Part shown: positions 63,766-64,000 of the stretch, piece by piece
Layout of the letters: every line of letters starts with the position of its first letter
How positions within the stretch are numbered: the stretch's first letter is position 1
DNA from: Callorhinchus milii
Lineage: Eukaryota
Assembly (NCBI RefSeq): GCF_018977255.1
Contig: NW_024704743.1
Location: 40,488,001 to 40,552,000 of the forward strand
Direction: 5' to 3'
DNA length: 64,000 nucleotides
Position numbers and translations under genes: made by a program
The notes under the pieces: model-generated
What the model was told of the DNA's origin: nothing
Seen by the model: the letters and a program-made list of their open reading frames with translations, nothing else
Databases searched by the model: none

Positions 63766-64000
63766 AATTTTATAGTGCTGGATTAAAAGGTTTGTGTGAA
63801 AAATATTGACTCCAGGTAAGAACATAATAAAAGAAAAAAAAGAGAATAATTTCAGGTTTATTTGTTTCCACAATGAGAAAATAATTAATCAGTCCACCAC
63901 GGTTTTGTTCTCTTGGGCATCCTCCCAACATGAAAGGCACTATACAGATGTAATCTTATTGTTGTTGTTGTTGTTCATCTTAGCTTTTGTGCAATTGGCA

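Overview
AT-rich vertebrate genomic DNA, by inference from a cartilaginous fish (probably a chimaera/elephant-shark-like holocephalan), judged from the L2 + CR1 + Deu-domain SINE + Penelope repeat mix. I cannot support any host protein-coding exon, rRNA, true tRNA or CRISPR array, so the window looks intronic or intergenic. Every ORF with recognisable homology comes from a decayed non-LTR retrotransposon. Contents: about 11 L2 fragments, one 5'-truncated CR1, one CR1 with both ends but the RT deleted, about 13 tRNA-Ala-derived SINEs with L2 tails, older Deu-type SINEs, Penelope-like ends, two unclassified old repeat families and one 25-nt N gap. Most notable: (1) a 247-bp insertion at 50528-50774 with a perfect 15-bp target-site duplication, folding into a 101-bp hairpin and carrying a minimal hammerhead ribozyme motif on each strand; (2) the RT-less CR1 with a 1.2-kb modular 5' tandem array; (3) a 56-bp local templated duplication; (4) a SINE subfamily series whose youngest members share the tail of the best-preserved L2. 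These are variations on known transposon biology; I see no firm evidence of a wholly new system. Repeat boundaries were estimated by eye and are approximate.
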